A stretch of DNA of 64,000 nucleotides from the NCBI GenBank assembly GCA_963741955.1, contig CAVUKB010000001.1:320001-384000 (forward strand), written 5' to 3'. Position 1 is the stretch's first letter; every line of letters starts with the position of its first letter. This DNA comes from an uncultured Acidobacteriota bacterium. GTDB lineage: Bacteria > Acidobacteriota > Thermoanaerobaculia > Gp7-AA8. Both the position numbers and the translations under genes were made by a program. Below are positions 33,062 to 43,066 of the stretch, one piece after another. Below the pieces are notes generated by a model. That model searched no databases and was not told the origin of the DNA. It worked only from the letters and a program-made list of their open reading frames with translations.

Positions 33062-35005
33062 ATGCTCGAAAGGATCAACGGACCGGAGGATCTCGGAAGT
33101 CTCAGCGATGAAGAGCTGTCCCTCGTGGCGCAGGATTGCCGGGAGATGATCATCCGTACCATCACCCGCCGGGGAGGGCATCTCGCTTCGAATCTCGGAG
33201 TGGTCGAGCTCACGCTCGCTCTTCATCGCAGCTTCAGGAGTCCGGTGGACCGGCTGGTGTGGGACACCTCCAACCAGTGCTACACGCACAAGCTGGTGAC
33301 CGGCCGGCGCGATCAGTTCGAGACCATCCGCACTCCCGGAGGACTCTCGGGATTCGCAGAGCCGGAGGAGAGCGTCCACGACACGCTCGCCGCGGGACAC
33401 GCGGGGACAGGTCTTTCCTATGCTCTCGGTATGGCGCAGGGGCTCCAGCAAGATCATCAGAATCCTTTCGTCGTCGCAGTGGTCGGCGACGGAGCTCTCA
33501 CTTCCGGACCGAGTTACGAAGCGCTGAACAACATCGTGCATCTCCGGCCCAAGCGCCTGATCGTGGTTCTCAATGACAATGGCTGGTCGATCTCCGAGAA
33601 CATCGGCTGGCTGACCTACTGGCGCAACCGGCTGATTCTCAACCCCCAGTACGTTCGGCTGAAGAAGGCGGGTCACAGCGTCGTCTCCAGACTTCCGCAC
33701 GGCGAGAAGGCGTGGAAGATCGCGCGAAAGATCAAGAGCCGGATCGAGGGTCTGGTGCTGCCGAACCTGATCTGGGAAGAACTGGGATTCCATTACATCG
33801 GACCGATCGACGGGCACGACATCCGCGAGGCGGAGGAGTCGCTCAGACAGGCGAAGGACATCGCCGCCCAGGGCGAACCGGTGATCGTCCATGCCCTGAC
33901 GCACAAGGGACGTGGCTACAAGGAGGCGGAGGCCAATCCGTCGCGATTCCATCAACCCGGAACGCCGTCGGCGGCGGCCGGTCCGGGCGCCCGCTTCACA
34001 TACTCACAGGTATTCGCGAAGACACTGATCCGGATGATGGAGCGCGATCCGAAGATCGTCGCGATCACCGCCGCGATGCTCGAAGGAACCGCGCTCGCTG
34101 AAGTGCGCAATCACTTCCCGGACCGCGTCTTCGACGTCGGAATCGCGGAAGAGCATGCGGTGATCATGGCTGCGGGGATGGCCAAGGCAGGACTCAAGCC
34201 GGTGGTCTCGATCTACTCGACGTTCCTGCAGCGGGCATTCGACCAGCTGATTCACGACATCGCTCTGCAGAATCTTCCGGTGACGATCTGCATCGACCGT
34301 GCGGGTCTGGTCGGTGACGACGGGAAAACCCATCAGGGGATCTTCGACATCGGCTACACCCGGATGATCCCGAACCTGACCATCGCCGCACCGCGGGACG
34401 AGAACGAGCTGCAGCACCTTCTCTTCACCGCGATCGAGTCGGGACGGCCGTTCGCGCTGCGGTATCCGCGCGGTCTCGGCCTCGGAGTTCGCCTCGACGA
34501 CGAGCTGCACGCTCTTCCGATCGGCGGCGGCGAAGTTCTGCGGGAAGGGAACGACGTCGTCCTTCTCGGCTACGGCTCAATGGTGCAGGTCGCGCTGGAC
34601 GCCGCGGAACTTCTCGCGGATCGCGGGATCTCCTGCGGAGTTGCCAGCCAGCGATTCGTCAAGCCGCTCAGCCTCGAGGTGCTCGGGAAAGTCAGCCGGA
34701 TGGCGCCCCGCGTGCTCACGCTCGAGGAACACCTCGCGTCGGGCGGCTTCGGCAGCGCCGTTCTGGAGGCATTTCAGGCCCAGGGATGGACCGGATGCGA
34801 CGTCAGGGTTCACGGCATTCCGGACCAGTTCGTCGATCACGCTCCCGCTCCCGAGCAGCGCGCCCTCTTCAGGCTGGACGTCGAAGGAGTGGCGGCGGTG
34901 GTGCAGGAACGTTTCCCGGAACTGTTTCGCGCCAAGCTCGTTCACGACGCCACGGAACGAACCGCGCGCGCGAGTGGAACCGCAAACGAGAGGGTGCGAT
35001 GGTGA
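33062..35005 (+). CDS. dxs: 1-deoxy-D-xylulose-5-phosphate synthase (divergent motif)
   Basis: GGHLASNLG, GDGALT, NDN, DVGIAEEH, DRAGLVGDDGKTHQG, RYPRG. Confidence 0.9.
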   Translation: MLERINGPEDLGSLSDEELSLVAQDCREMIIRTITRRGGHLASNLGVVELTLALHRSFRSPVDRLVWDTSNQCYTHKLVTGRRDQFETIRTPGGLSGFAEPEESVHDTLAAGHAGTGLSYALGMAQGLQQDHQNPFVVAVVGDGALTSGPSYEALNNIVHLRPKRLIVVLNDNGWSISENIGWLTYWRNRLILNPQYVRLKKAGHSVVSRLPHGEKAWKIARKIKSRIEGLVLPNLIWEELGFHYIGPIDGHDIREAEESLRQAKDIAAQGEPVIVHALTHKGRGYKEAEANPSRFHQPGTPSAAAGPGARFTYSQVFAKTLIRMMERDPKIVAITAAMLEGTALAEVRNHFPDRVFDVGIAEEHAVIMAAGMAKAGLKPVVSIYSTFLQRAFDQLIHDIALQNLPVTICIDRAGLVGDDGKTHQGIFDIGYTRMIPNLTIAAPRDENELQHLLFTAIESGRPFALRYPRGLGLGVRLDDELHALPIGGGEVLREGNDVVLLGYGSMVQVALDAAELLADRGISCGVASQRFVKPLSLEVLGKVSRMAPRVLTLEEHLASGGFGSAVLEAFQAQGWTGCDVRVHGIPDQFVDHAPAPEQRALFRLDVEGVAAVVQERFPELFRAKLVHDATERTARASGTANERVRW

Positions 35006-36000
35006 GAGCGCACGCCAACCATCCCGGAGTCGACCGCCTGCTCGTTGCCGGACTGCGGGGATTCTGCGCCGGCGTGGTGCGGGCCATCGACGTGGTGGAG
35101 AAAGCGCTGGAGGTGTGCGACGGTCCGGTCTATGTCCGGAAGGAGATCATTCACAACCGTTACGTCGTCGAGCAGTTGAGGGAGAAGGGGGCGCGATTCG
35201 TCGAAGACGTCGACGAGGTCCCCGAAGGCGCCTGGCTCGTTTACTCCGCTCATGGCGTCGCACCAGCGGTACGCGACGAAGCGCGGCGGCGACACCTGCG
35301 CACCATCGATGCCACTTGTCCTCTGGTGACCAAAGTCCACCTGGAAGTGATCCGCTTCGTTCGCGAGGGATACACGATCCTGTTCCTCGGCCATCGCGGC
35401 CATGACGAGACCACCGGGACGCTCGGCGAAGCGCCCGAGTCGATGCGGCTGGTCGGGTCCATCGAAGACGCCGAGAAGGTCGAGGTTCCGGATCCGGATC
35501 GGGTCGTCTATCTGACCCAGACCACTCTCAGTGTCGACGACACCCGTGCCATGGTCGATGTGCTGAGGCGCCGCTTTCCGAATCTCGAGTCGCCTCCGAA
35601 GGACGACATCTGCTACGCGACACAGAACCGGCAGGACGCCGTGAAGGCGATGGCTCCGCACATCGACAGCCTCCTGGTGCTCGGCGCGCCGAACAGCTCC
35701 AACTCCCTGCGCCTCTGCGAGGTCTCGGCCGGTCTGGGCGTGCCGGCCCACCTGATCGAGAGCGCGGCCGACATCCGCCCCGAATGGCTCGAAGGAGTTC
35801 GCACGCTCGGTCTCACGGCCAGCGCCTCGGCACCGGAGATTCTGGTCCGCGAAGTGGTCGGACACGCCCGCACCAATCTGGGCATCGAGCGGATCGAGGA
35901 GTTCGAGACTGTGGAAGAGGACGTGAGATTCCTTCTGCCACCGGAACTGAAACGGTTGCTGCAGAACCGCGCGGAGGGAGATCTTTCCGTCGAACCTTGA
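34999..36000 (+). CDS. ispH: 4-hydroxy-3-methylbut-2-enyl diphosphate reductase
   Basis: GFCAGV, DATCPLV, DICYATQNRQ, SSNS. Confidence 0.97.
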   Translation: MVRAHANHPGVDRLLVAGLRGFCAGVVRAIDVVEKALEVCDGPVYVRKEIIHNRYVVEQLREKGARFVEDVDEVPEGAWLVYSAHGVAPAVRDEARRRHLRTIDATCPLVTKVHLEVIRFVREGYTILFLGHRGHDETTGTLGEAPESMRLVGSIEDAEKVEVPDPDRVVYLTQTTLSVDDTRAMVDVLRRRFPNLESPPKDDICYATQNRQDAVKAMAPHIDSLLVLGAPNSSNSLRLCEVSAGLGVPAHLIESAADIRPEWLEGVRTLGLTASASAPEILVREVVGHARTNLGIERIEEFETVEEDVRFLLPPELKRLLQNRAEGDLSVEP

Positions 36001-36139
36001 GAAATTGTGAGGCACTTCGCTTGCAGCTCGACGCTCGCGGAACGGTAGACGATCGACGACATCATCAGGCGATGAGACCGATATTGAAAAGGAGATCAAG
36101 CCACTGAACGGATGACCGGGACCGGAGGTGGTGTGAATT

Positions 36140-38158
36140 ATGTCTGTTCAGGAAATCACGAACACGAGCCCCGCATCGGATCCGCTTTCGCGAGCTCCAC
36201 GCTCCGTCGTCAATGACGCGATCGCCTCCGCGCGTAAGCGACTCCTCGCCCTGCAGCACGAAGACGGCCACTGGTGTGGTGAGCTCGAAGGAGACACCAT
36301 ACTCGAATCGGAGTACGTGCTGACACTGTACTTCCTCCTCCGACGCGCCGACGAGCGGATGCGCAAAGCCGCGGAGTACCTCCGGCGACAGCAGCTCTCC
36401 GACGGCGCATGGGCCAACTACCCGGGCGGTCCGAGCGACGTCAGCGCCTCGGTGAAAGCGTACTTCGTGCTCAAGCTGATGGGCGATGACCCCGACGCTC
36501 CCCACATGGCGAGAGCGCGAGAGACCATCCGCGAGCTCGGCGGAGTCGAGGCGTGCAACTCATTCACCAAGATCTACCTCGCGATGTTCGGGCAGTACGA
36601 CTGGAATCGCTGCCCGGCCGTGCCGCCGGAGATGATCCTTCTTCCCGACGCCTCTCCGTTCAACATCTACAAGATGTCGTGCTGGTCGCGCGACATCGTG
36701 GTGCCTCTGTCGATCATCTGGGCGACGCGTCCCTCCTGTCCGGTTCCGGAGAATGCTTCCATCGACGAACTGACCGAGAAAGCGGCGCCCGCTCCACCCG
36801 CCAACCAGCGAAGTGCCCGCGATCGCGCCTGGACCGGATTCTTCACCGCGCTCGACGTCGCGCTCAAGCGGATCGAGAAGAGCCGTCTCCGTCCGCTTCG
36901 CAGGAAGGCAATCACCGCAGCAGAGGAGTGGATTCTCGAACGTCTCTCCGGCAGCGACGGACTCGGCGCGATCTTTCCGCCGATCATCAACACCATCATC
37001 GCGTTCAAGGCGCTCGGCTATGAGGATGACGATCCGCGGCTCGTCTCGCAGCTCGACGAGCTGGAAAAACTGGTCATCGAAGAGAGCGACGACCTTCGCG
37101 TTCAGCCTTGCTTCTCTCCGATCTGGGACACCGCAATCGCGATCCAGGCGTTATGTGAGTCCGGATCGAGCGGCAGCAGCGCCGACATCCTTCGTGCCGC
37201 GCGCTGGCTCCTCGGGAGAGAAGTCACCAGGCCCGGCGACGTTCAGCGGCTCCACCCGGAAGTTCCCCTCGGGGGGTGGTACTTCGAATATGCGAACGAG
37301 TTCTATCCCGACGCGGACGACACCGCGGAGGTCCTCACCGCTCTGAGCTACGTCCGATTCCCCGATTCGAAGGAGGATCGGCGCCGGGTCGAGGCGATGG
37401 CGCGTGGAATCGGGTGGCAGCTGGCGATGCAGAACTGCGACGGCGGCTGGGGCGCGTTCGACCTCGATTGCGACGACTACGTGCTGACTCTCATTCCGTT
37501 CGCCGATCACAACGCGATGATCGATCCGAGCTGTGAGGACATCACCGGACGCTCCATCGAGATGCTCTTCCGGCTCGGCTTCGACGCCGATCACAACGCG
37601 ATCTCCAGGGCGGTACGCTTTCTTCTCGACCGGCAGGACGACCACGGGACGTGGTATGGACGCTGGGGCTGCAACTACGTCTACGGAACGTGGCTCGCCA
37701 TCAGTGCGCTGGAGACGGCAGGAGAGCCGATGAACGACGATCGGTACCAGCGCACCAGTGAGTGGCTCCGCGCCAAACAGAACCACGACGGCGGGTGGGG
37801 CGAGCTGCCGCGCTCCTACGATGAACCGGAGATGAAGGGAGTGGGGCCGAGTACGCCCTCGCAGACGGCGTGGGCCCTGCTGACTCTTTTCAAGCTCGGA
37901 GACTACGATTCGCCCGAGGTCCGTCGAGGGGTGCAGTATCTTCTCGACCGGCAATTGGAAGACGGTTCCTGGAACGACGAATACTGGAGCGGGACCGGCT
38001 TCCCGCGAGTCTTCTATCTGAAGTATCACCTCTACGCGCTCTACTTCCCGCTCTGGGCGCTCGCACGTTTCGAGCGGCACGAGAGGGGAGCGGCGCGACG
38101 CGAGATCACCACCGAGCGCACTTCGAGCGATGCTTCCGCGCGGGAGGTGGTGGCGTGA
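36140..38158 (+). CDS. shc: Squalene-hopene cyclase
   Basis: QW repeats; YPDADDTA (DxDD) motif; WYGRWG. Confidence 0.97.
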   Translation: MSVQEITNTSPASDPLSRAPRSVVNDAIASARKRLLALQHEDGHWCGELEGDTILESEYVLTLYFLLRRADERMRKAAEYLRRQQLSDGAWANYPGGPSDVSASVKAYFVLKLMGDDPDAPHMARARETIRELGGVEACNSFTKIYLAMFGQYDWNRCPAVPPEMILLPDASPFNIYKMSCWSRDIVVPLSIIWATRPSCPVPENASIDELTEKAAPAPPANQRSARDRAWTGFFTALDVALKRIEKSRLRPLRRKAITAAEEWILERLSGSDGLGAIFPPIINTIIAFKALGYEDDDPRLVSQLDELEKLVIEESDDLRVQPCFSPIWDTAIAIQALCESGSSGSSADILRAARWLLGREVTRPGDVQRLHPEVPLGGWYFEYANEFYPDADDTAEVLTALSYVRFPDSKEDRRRVEAMARGIGWQLAMQNCDGGWGAFDLDCDDYVLTLIPFADHNAMIDPSCEDITGRSIEMLFRLGFDADHNAISRAVRFLLDRQDDHGTWYGRWGCNYVYGTWLAISALETAGEPMNDDRYQRTSEWLRAKQNHDGGWGELPRSYDEPEMKGVGPSTPSQTAWALLTLFKLGDYDSPEVRRGVQYLLDRQLEDGSWNDEYWSGTGFPRVFYLKYHLYALYFPLWALARFERHERGAARREITTERTSSDASAREVVA

Positions 38159-39156
38159 GATTCCCCTTGCACCTCACCACCGACACCATCCAGCATCAGG
38201 TCCGCAACGCGCTGCGTGGACGGACCCGATACCCGTTCGTCCTGATGCTCGAGCCTCTCTACACCTGCAATCTCGCCTGCATCGGCTGCGCGACCGAACG
38301 GCACACCGGGAAGCTCAAGGACCGTCTGCCTCTCGAGAAGTGCATCGAAGCGGTGGAGACCTCCGAAGCGCCGGTGGTCTCGATCTGCGGCGGAGAGCCG
38401 ACTCTCTACCCCGAGCTTCCCCAGCTGATCGAGGAGATCATCGCCCGCCGGCGGCACATCTACCTCTGCACGAACGGACTCCTCCTCGACGAGAAGGTGT
38501 ACGGCGTGATACGCCCGCACAAGCGGCTGATGATCAACGTTCATCTCGACGGAATGCGCGAGACGCACGACATGGTCTGTGCGCGCGAAGGGGTGTTCGA
38601 CAAGGCGATGGAGACGATCCGGAAGGGCGTCGAGCTCGGACATCACATGATGGCCAACACCACGGTGTTCCGCGAGACCGAAGTCTCGGAGGTGGAGGAG
38701 CTCTGCCAGCTGCTGACCGACGAAGGGGTGGAAGGAATGCTGGTCAGCCCCGGCTATCACTATGAATCGGTGGAGGGCGAGATGTTCCTCACCCGAAACG
38801 AGATTCGCGAGAAGTTCATGAAGATCCTCGAGATCTCGAAACGCTACCGTCTCACCTCGACGCCGATGTTCCTCGAGTTCGCGGCCGGATTGCGCGACTA
38901 CAAGTGTTCTCCGTGGAGCACCGTCACGTACACGCCGCTCGGGTGGAAAGGGCCCTGCTATCTGATCGGCAAGCGCTACACGCATTCGTGGGACGAGTTC
39001 TGGAACGGCACCGACTGGACGTACTGGGAGTCGCGCGAGGATCCGCTCTGTCAGAACTGTGCGATGCACTCCGGCTTCGAAGCCTCGGTCGTTCGCGAGC
39101 TCCCGAAGCACCCCGGAGACATGTTCCGGCTGGCGGCCTGGAACCTTCTGGGGTGA
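38155..39156 (+). CDS. hpnH: Adenosylhopane synthase (radical SAM)
   Basis: VLMLEPLYTCNLACIGC, GGEP, CQNCAMHSGFE; GTGA overlap with shc. Confidence 0.9.
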   Translation: MRFPLHLTTDTIQHQVRNALRGRTRYPFVLMLEPLYTCNLACIGCATERHTGKLKDRLPLEKCIEAVETSEAPVVSICGGEPTLYPELPQLIEEIIARRRHIYLCTNGLLLDEKVYGVIRPHKRLMINVHLDGMRETHDMVCAREGVFDKAMETIRKGVELGHHMMANTTVFRETEVSEVEELCQLLTDEGVEGMLVSPGYHYESVEGEMFLTRNEIREKFMKILEISKRYRLTSTPMFLEFAAGLRDYKCSPWSTVTYTPLGWKGPCYLIGKRYTHSWDEFWNGTDWTYWESREDPLCQNCAMHSGFEASVVRELPKHPGDMFRLAAWNLLG

Positions 39157-39277
39157 TACCGGCCGACCTGCGCGCGGGCTTTGCTGGAGCAGGGGCGCGG
39201 GACTCGACCGGCGGCACACAGATCGCGCAAATGACTCCGCGGGAATGTATCTTTGAACCAGGGAGTGCCTTCACTGC

Positions 39278-40267
39278 ATGACGACCCTCGTCACCGGCGG
39301 CACCGGCTTCATCGGCGCACACATCGTTCGCGCGCTCCTCGACCGCGGTGAAGACGTCCGCTGTCTGGTTCGTCCTTCGAGCCGCCTGACGAATCTCGAG
39401 GGACTCGACGTGGAGATCGTGCGGGGCGATCTCTGTGACCGTGAGTCGATCCGTCGCGCCGTCACAGGTGCGGAAACCGTCTACCATTGTGCGGCCGACT
39501 ATCGGCTCTATGTCCGAAATTCTGCCGAGATCTACGCGACCAACGTCGAAGGGACCCGCAACGTGCTGCGCGAGTCGGCGGATGCCGGAGCCCGGAAGAT
39601 CGTCTACACCAGCTCCGTCGGCGCGCTCGGGCGCTGCCGTGACGGACATCCGGCGGACGAGTCGGTTCCGGCCGGCGAGGCGGAGATGATCGGCCATTAC
39701 AAGCGGAGCAAGTTCCGAGCGGAGCGGGTCGCGGAACAGTTCGCGGCCGGCGGTTCGCCGGTGGTGATCACCAATCCTTCCACTCCGGTCGGAGAGCTCG
39801 ACGTCAAACCGACTCCCACCGGGAAGATCATCGTCGAATTTCTCCGGGGGAGGATGCCGGCGTACGTCGACACCGGGATGAATCTGATCGACGTGCGCGA
39901 TGTCGCGGCGGGTCATCTGCTCGCCGCTGCTCGTGGACGGACGGGAGAGAGATACATCCTTGGAAATCGAAACCTGACCCTGGCCGAGATCCTGGCGATG
40001 CTCGCGAGGTTGACCGGCCGGCCGCGGCCGAGAGTCAGGCTTCCTCACTGGATCGCGATGACGGCGGCGATCGGAAATGAAGCGTTCTGCCGGATCACCG
40101 GAGGCGATCCGTCGATCCCCCTGGAAGGCGTGAGAATGGCCCGGCACCGGATGTACTTCGATTCGTCGAAAGCAGTCAGTGAGCTCGGGCTCCCCCAGAC
40201 ACCGGTCGAAGAGGCTCTCGGACGCGCGGTCCGGTGGTTCCGGGAACATGGATACGCATCCGGCTGA
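39278..40267 (+). CDS. hpnA: Hopanoid-associated NAD-dependent epimerase/dehydratase
   Basis: GGTGFIG, AADYRL, YKRSK, DVKPTPTGKII. Confidence 0.92.
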   Translation: MTTLVTGGTGFIGAHIVRALLDRGEDVRCLVRPSSRLTNLEGLDVEIVRGDLCDRESIRRAVTGAETVYHCAADYRLYVRNSAEIYATNVEGTRNVLRESADAGARKIVYTSSVGALGRCRDGHPADESVPAGEAEMIGHYKRSKFRAERVAEQFAAGGSPVVITNPSTPVGELDVKPTPTGKIIVEFLRGRMPAYVDTGMNLIDVRDVAAGHLLAAARGRTGERYILGNRNLTLAEILAMLARLTGRPRPRVRLPHWIAMTAAIGNEAFCRITGGDPSIPLEGVRMARHRMYFDSSKAVSELGLPQTPVEEALGRAVRWFREHGYASG

Positions 40268-40339
40268 GCGGCTTCTTTCTTGCAAAAGGTCTGGCGAGGT
40301 GATCCGCCGGCCCGGTGCGACGAAGGCGGGTATTCGAGA

Positions 40340-41146
40340 ATGATGTCCGGTAACCTGAACGACGGAAACCACGGGTCGCCGATCGCGGTGATCGCCGCAC
40401 TTCCTGAAGAGATCCGGCCATTTCTCCGTCGACTTCCGCACGTCGAGACGAGGCAATCTGGTGGTGTGACCCTGCGGGAGGGGACGCTCGGGCCGGAGCG
40501 TGTCGTCGTCGCCGTCACCGGCGATGGCGCGATTCGGGCCGCCCGAAGCCTCACTGTAATTCTCGATGCCGTGAGGCCCCGCGCCATTCTCGGCGTCGGC
40601 ATCGCTGGCGCTCTCACGCCCGGCCTCTCGGTCGGCGATCTTCTCGTTTCGGAGCGCGTCTGTGCGTGGCGCGGCAGCTGGTTCGAGCCCGACGGTGAGC
40701 TGCTCGCCCGTGCGCTTGCGTCCGGCCCACCTTCGGTAAGAGGAACGGTCGTGACGTCCGATCGGATTCTGGTCAACGCAGGTGAGAGAGCACACGTGGG
40801 CCGCTTTCTCGGAAAGAGTGGAGAAGCGGCGGTCGATATGGAGTCCGCGGAGTGGGCAAGAGTCGCGACGGATCGGGGTACTCCCTGGCTCGTCGTCCGG
40901 TCGATCTCCGAGACTGCAGTCGAAGACCTCCCTGATTACCTGCCGAAATGCCTTCGTGCCGACGGCAGCCTCAGCCGGCTGCGGGTCGTGCAACGTGCCG
41001 GCCTTCAGCCACGATCGATTCCGGCGCTGATCGAGATGAGGCGAAGGCTTCACCGCTCCGGAATCGCGCTGGCGGACTATCTCCAGATGTTCCTCCATCG
41101 TATGATGGACCATCCTGTCGGACGTGCACTCGGGGCGAGGAGTTGA
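40340..41146 (+). CDS. hpnG: Hopanoid-associated phosphorylase/nucleosidase
   Basis: GIAGAL, AVDMES, VRSISE (PNP/MTA nucleosidase fold); cluster context. Confidence 0.8.
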   Translation: MMSGNLNDGNHGSPIAVIAALPEEIRPFLRRLPHVETRQSGGVTLREGTLGPERVVVAVTGDGAIRAARSLTVILDAVRPRAILGVGIAGALTPGLSVGDLLVSERVCAWRGSWFEPDGELLARALASGPPSVRGTVVTSDRILVNAGERAHVGRFLGKSGEAAVDMESAEWARVATDRGTPWLVVRSISETAVEDLPDYLPKCLRADGSLSRLRVVQRAGLQPRSIPALIEMRRRLHRSGIALADYLQMFLHRMMDHPVGRALGARS

Positions 41147-41152
41147 CGATCG

Positions 41153-42067
41153 ATGACGGCTCTTGACGTACTCCTGGAGAAAACCAGCCGCACTTTTGCG
41201 CTCGCGATTCCGCTTCTGCCCGAGCCGACCCACCGCGAAGTCACCATCGCTTATCTGCTGTTCCGGACTGCAGACACGTTCGAGGATGCACCAGACTGGA
41301 CCGCGGAAGAAAAGGCTGCTGCCCTCGCCGCATTCTGTGACGTTCTCCGCTCGCCGTCGATCGAACGGGCCGAGGCGTTGTCGCGCGATTGGGTGTCGCA
41401 ACGTCCCGCGACGCATGAAGGCTATCTCCAGCTGCTCGCCGAGTTCGCCGGAGTGCTCGATGCGCATCTCGCTCTCTCCGAAGAAGCGCGGGAGGAGATC
41501 ACGCAGCACGTGATCCGCTCCGCGGAGGGGATGTCGCGCATCGTGAGGCGCGAGGGAGGGGTGGAGCTCGAATCGATCGACGAGCTGCGCGAGTACTGCT
41601 ACATCGTTGCGGGGATCGTCGGCGAGATGCTGACGGAGCTCTTCCTTCTCGGGCGGCCGCGGCTCGAACCGGTCGCAGCGGCGCTGCGACAGCGAGCGAA
41701 GCTGTTCGGCGAAGCTCTCCAGCTGGTGAACATCCTCAAAGACTCCGAAGTCGATGCGTCCGAGGGTCGTGTCTACCTGCCGCGAAACACTTCGCGATGC
41801 GAGGTGTTCGACCTTGCGCGGGAGGACCTCGGCGCGGCGTCGGAGTATGTGCTGAGCCTCCAGAGCGCCGGTGCGCCGCGCGGGATCGTCGCGTTCACCG
41901 CCCTCCCTCTGGAGCTGGCCTGGGCTGCGCTCGACAGGATCGAGCGCGACGGGCCGGGATCGAAGATCAGCCGTCCGGAGGTCTACCGGATCACGCGGCG
42001 AGTGAAGAGCGCGCTGGGTCGGAACGAGCCTGCCGTCCGCGGCCATGCACTGCAGAAGGCGCGCTGA
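41153..42067 (+). CDS. Squalene/phytoene synthase family (SQS/FDFT1-like)
   Basis: TSRTFAL, YLLFRTADTFED, YCYIVAGIVG, LQLVNILKD. Confidence 0.88.
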   Translation: MTALDVLLEKTSRTFALAIPLLPEPTHREVTIAYLLFRTADTFEDAPDWTAEEKAAALAAFCDVLRSPSIERAEALSRDWVSQRPATHEGYLQLLAEFAGVLDAHLALSEEAREEITQHVIRSAEGMSRIVRREGGVELESIDELREYCYIVAGIVGEMLTELFLLGRPRLEPVAAALRQRAKLFGEALQLVNILKDSEVDASEGRVYLPRNTSRCEVFDLAREDLGAASEYVLSLQSAGAPRGIVAFTALPLELAWAALDRIERDGPGSKISRPEVYRITRRVKSALGRNEPAVRGHALQKAR

Positions 42068-42394
42068 AGAATATTCTGTCAATCTTGGTTTCTGCAGCAT
42101 TTTTTTGCTCGAAACGCCGCTTTTCGCGAATTATATTCTGTCCGGATGCCTCCGCGTCGCTGAACCGTCACACCTGCAACTCCCCCTCCCGGCGGTCTTT
42201 TCGCTCTCGCTCTGGTGAGCAGGTCGCTCGCACGAAAGATTCGTGTATGGACGTTTACGTACTGAGAATGGAGGACGATCGGTCCGGACTGGAGGTGGTC
42301 CGGAATGATCTGTCGGTCATTGGATAGATACCCTCTCGTGATGGCGCAAATCGCGCCCGGGTGAGGCGCTCCGTGAAAGGGCGGCGTAACCCGA

Positions 42395-42754
42395 TCAGTC
42401 GACGCGTTCGCTCGGCCGATCCTTCGCGAGCTCGAGGATGTAGCGTGGCCGCCCGTCGGCATCGGCGACTGCGAACACCTTTCCGAACGGTTTGAGGTCG
42501 AGCGGCAGGATCACCCTGGCGGTCTTCGAAATCTCGTAGAACGCACGGTCCGCATCATCGACCAGCCAATAGAGCTCCGCCTCGCCGCTGCTCCCAACAG
42601 GGGCATCGGTGGCGATCGCGAAGTGATCGAACTGGACGAAGGTCGGATGCGTCCGCTCGACCTCCAACCCGAGGACGTCGGTGTAGAAGCGAGTGGCAGC
42701 GTCGATGTCCTTGACGTATTCGACGACGAATCCGAATCGGGGATGAATGCTCAT
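42395..42754 (-). CDS. VOC/glyoxalase family protein
   Basis: VKDIDAATRFYTDVLG..FAVADADG; AAGGA RBS. Confidence 0.85.
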   Translation of the reverse strand: MSIHPRFGFVVEYVKDIDAATRFYTDVLGLEVERTHPTFVQFDHFAIATDAPVGSSGEAELYWLVDDADRAFYEISKTARVILPLDLKPFGKVFAVADADGRPRYILELAKDRPSERVD

Positions 42755-42939
42755 GCAGATTTCCTTTCGTTCATGGCCTCCTCCGGGCCGTTCACCGCTC
42801 CCTGCAGTTCGGCCCATCGAGGTGACGAATGGCGACTCCGGTGCGAACGAGCTTGCTATCGCCGTGCCGAAGAGCGCGATTCGGATCGACGCGCCGGGTG
42901 CGGACCGGCGGCGGCGATCCGTGAGTGGCAACTTTGACT

Positions 42940-42993
42940 TCCGACCCGTCCGACCCTTCCGACCCGTCCGACAGGTTCGACATGTCAGACACG
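42940..42993 (+). repeat. Nonamer tandem array, 6 x TCCGACNNN
   Basis: tccgacccg tccgaccct tccgacccg tccgacagg ttcgacatg tcagacacg. Confidence 0.8.
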
Positions 42994-43066
42994 ACCTGGC
43001 CGCTCCTCAGCGAATTCTTTGCGTGCATCGAACCGAGCCGCAGAACGGAAATCTCTACCCTCTTTC

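Noticed and set aside
38924-42100. 1058-aa minus-strand ORF, and similar long ORFs (18381..21170, 11896..14070, 50662..52938, 2440..4524)
   Set aside because: Antisense shadows of well-supported genes in high-GC DNA; no recognisable motifs.
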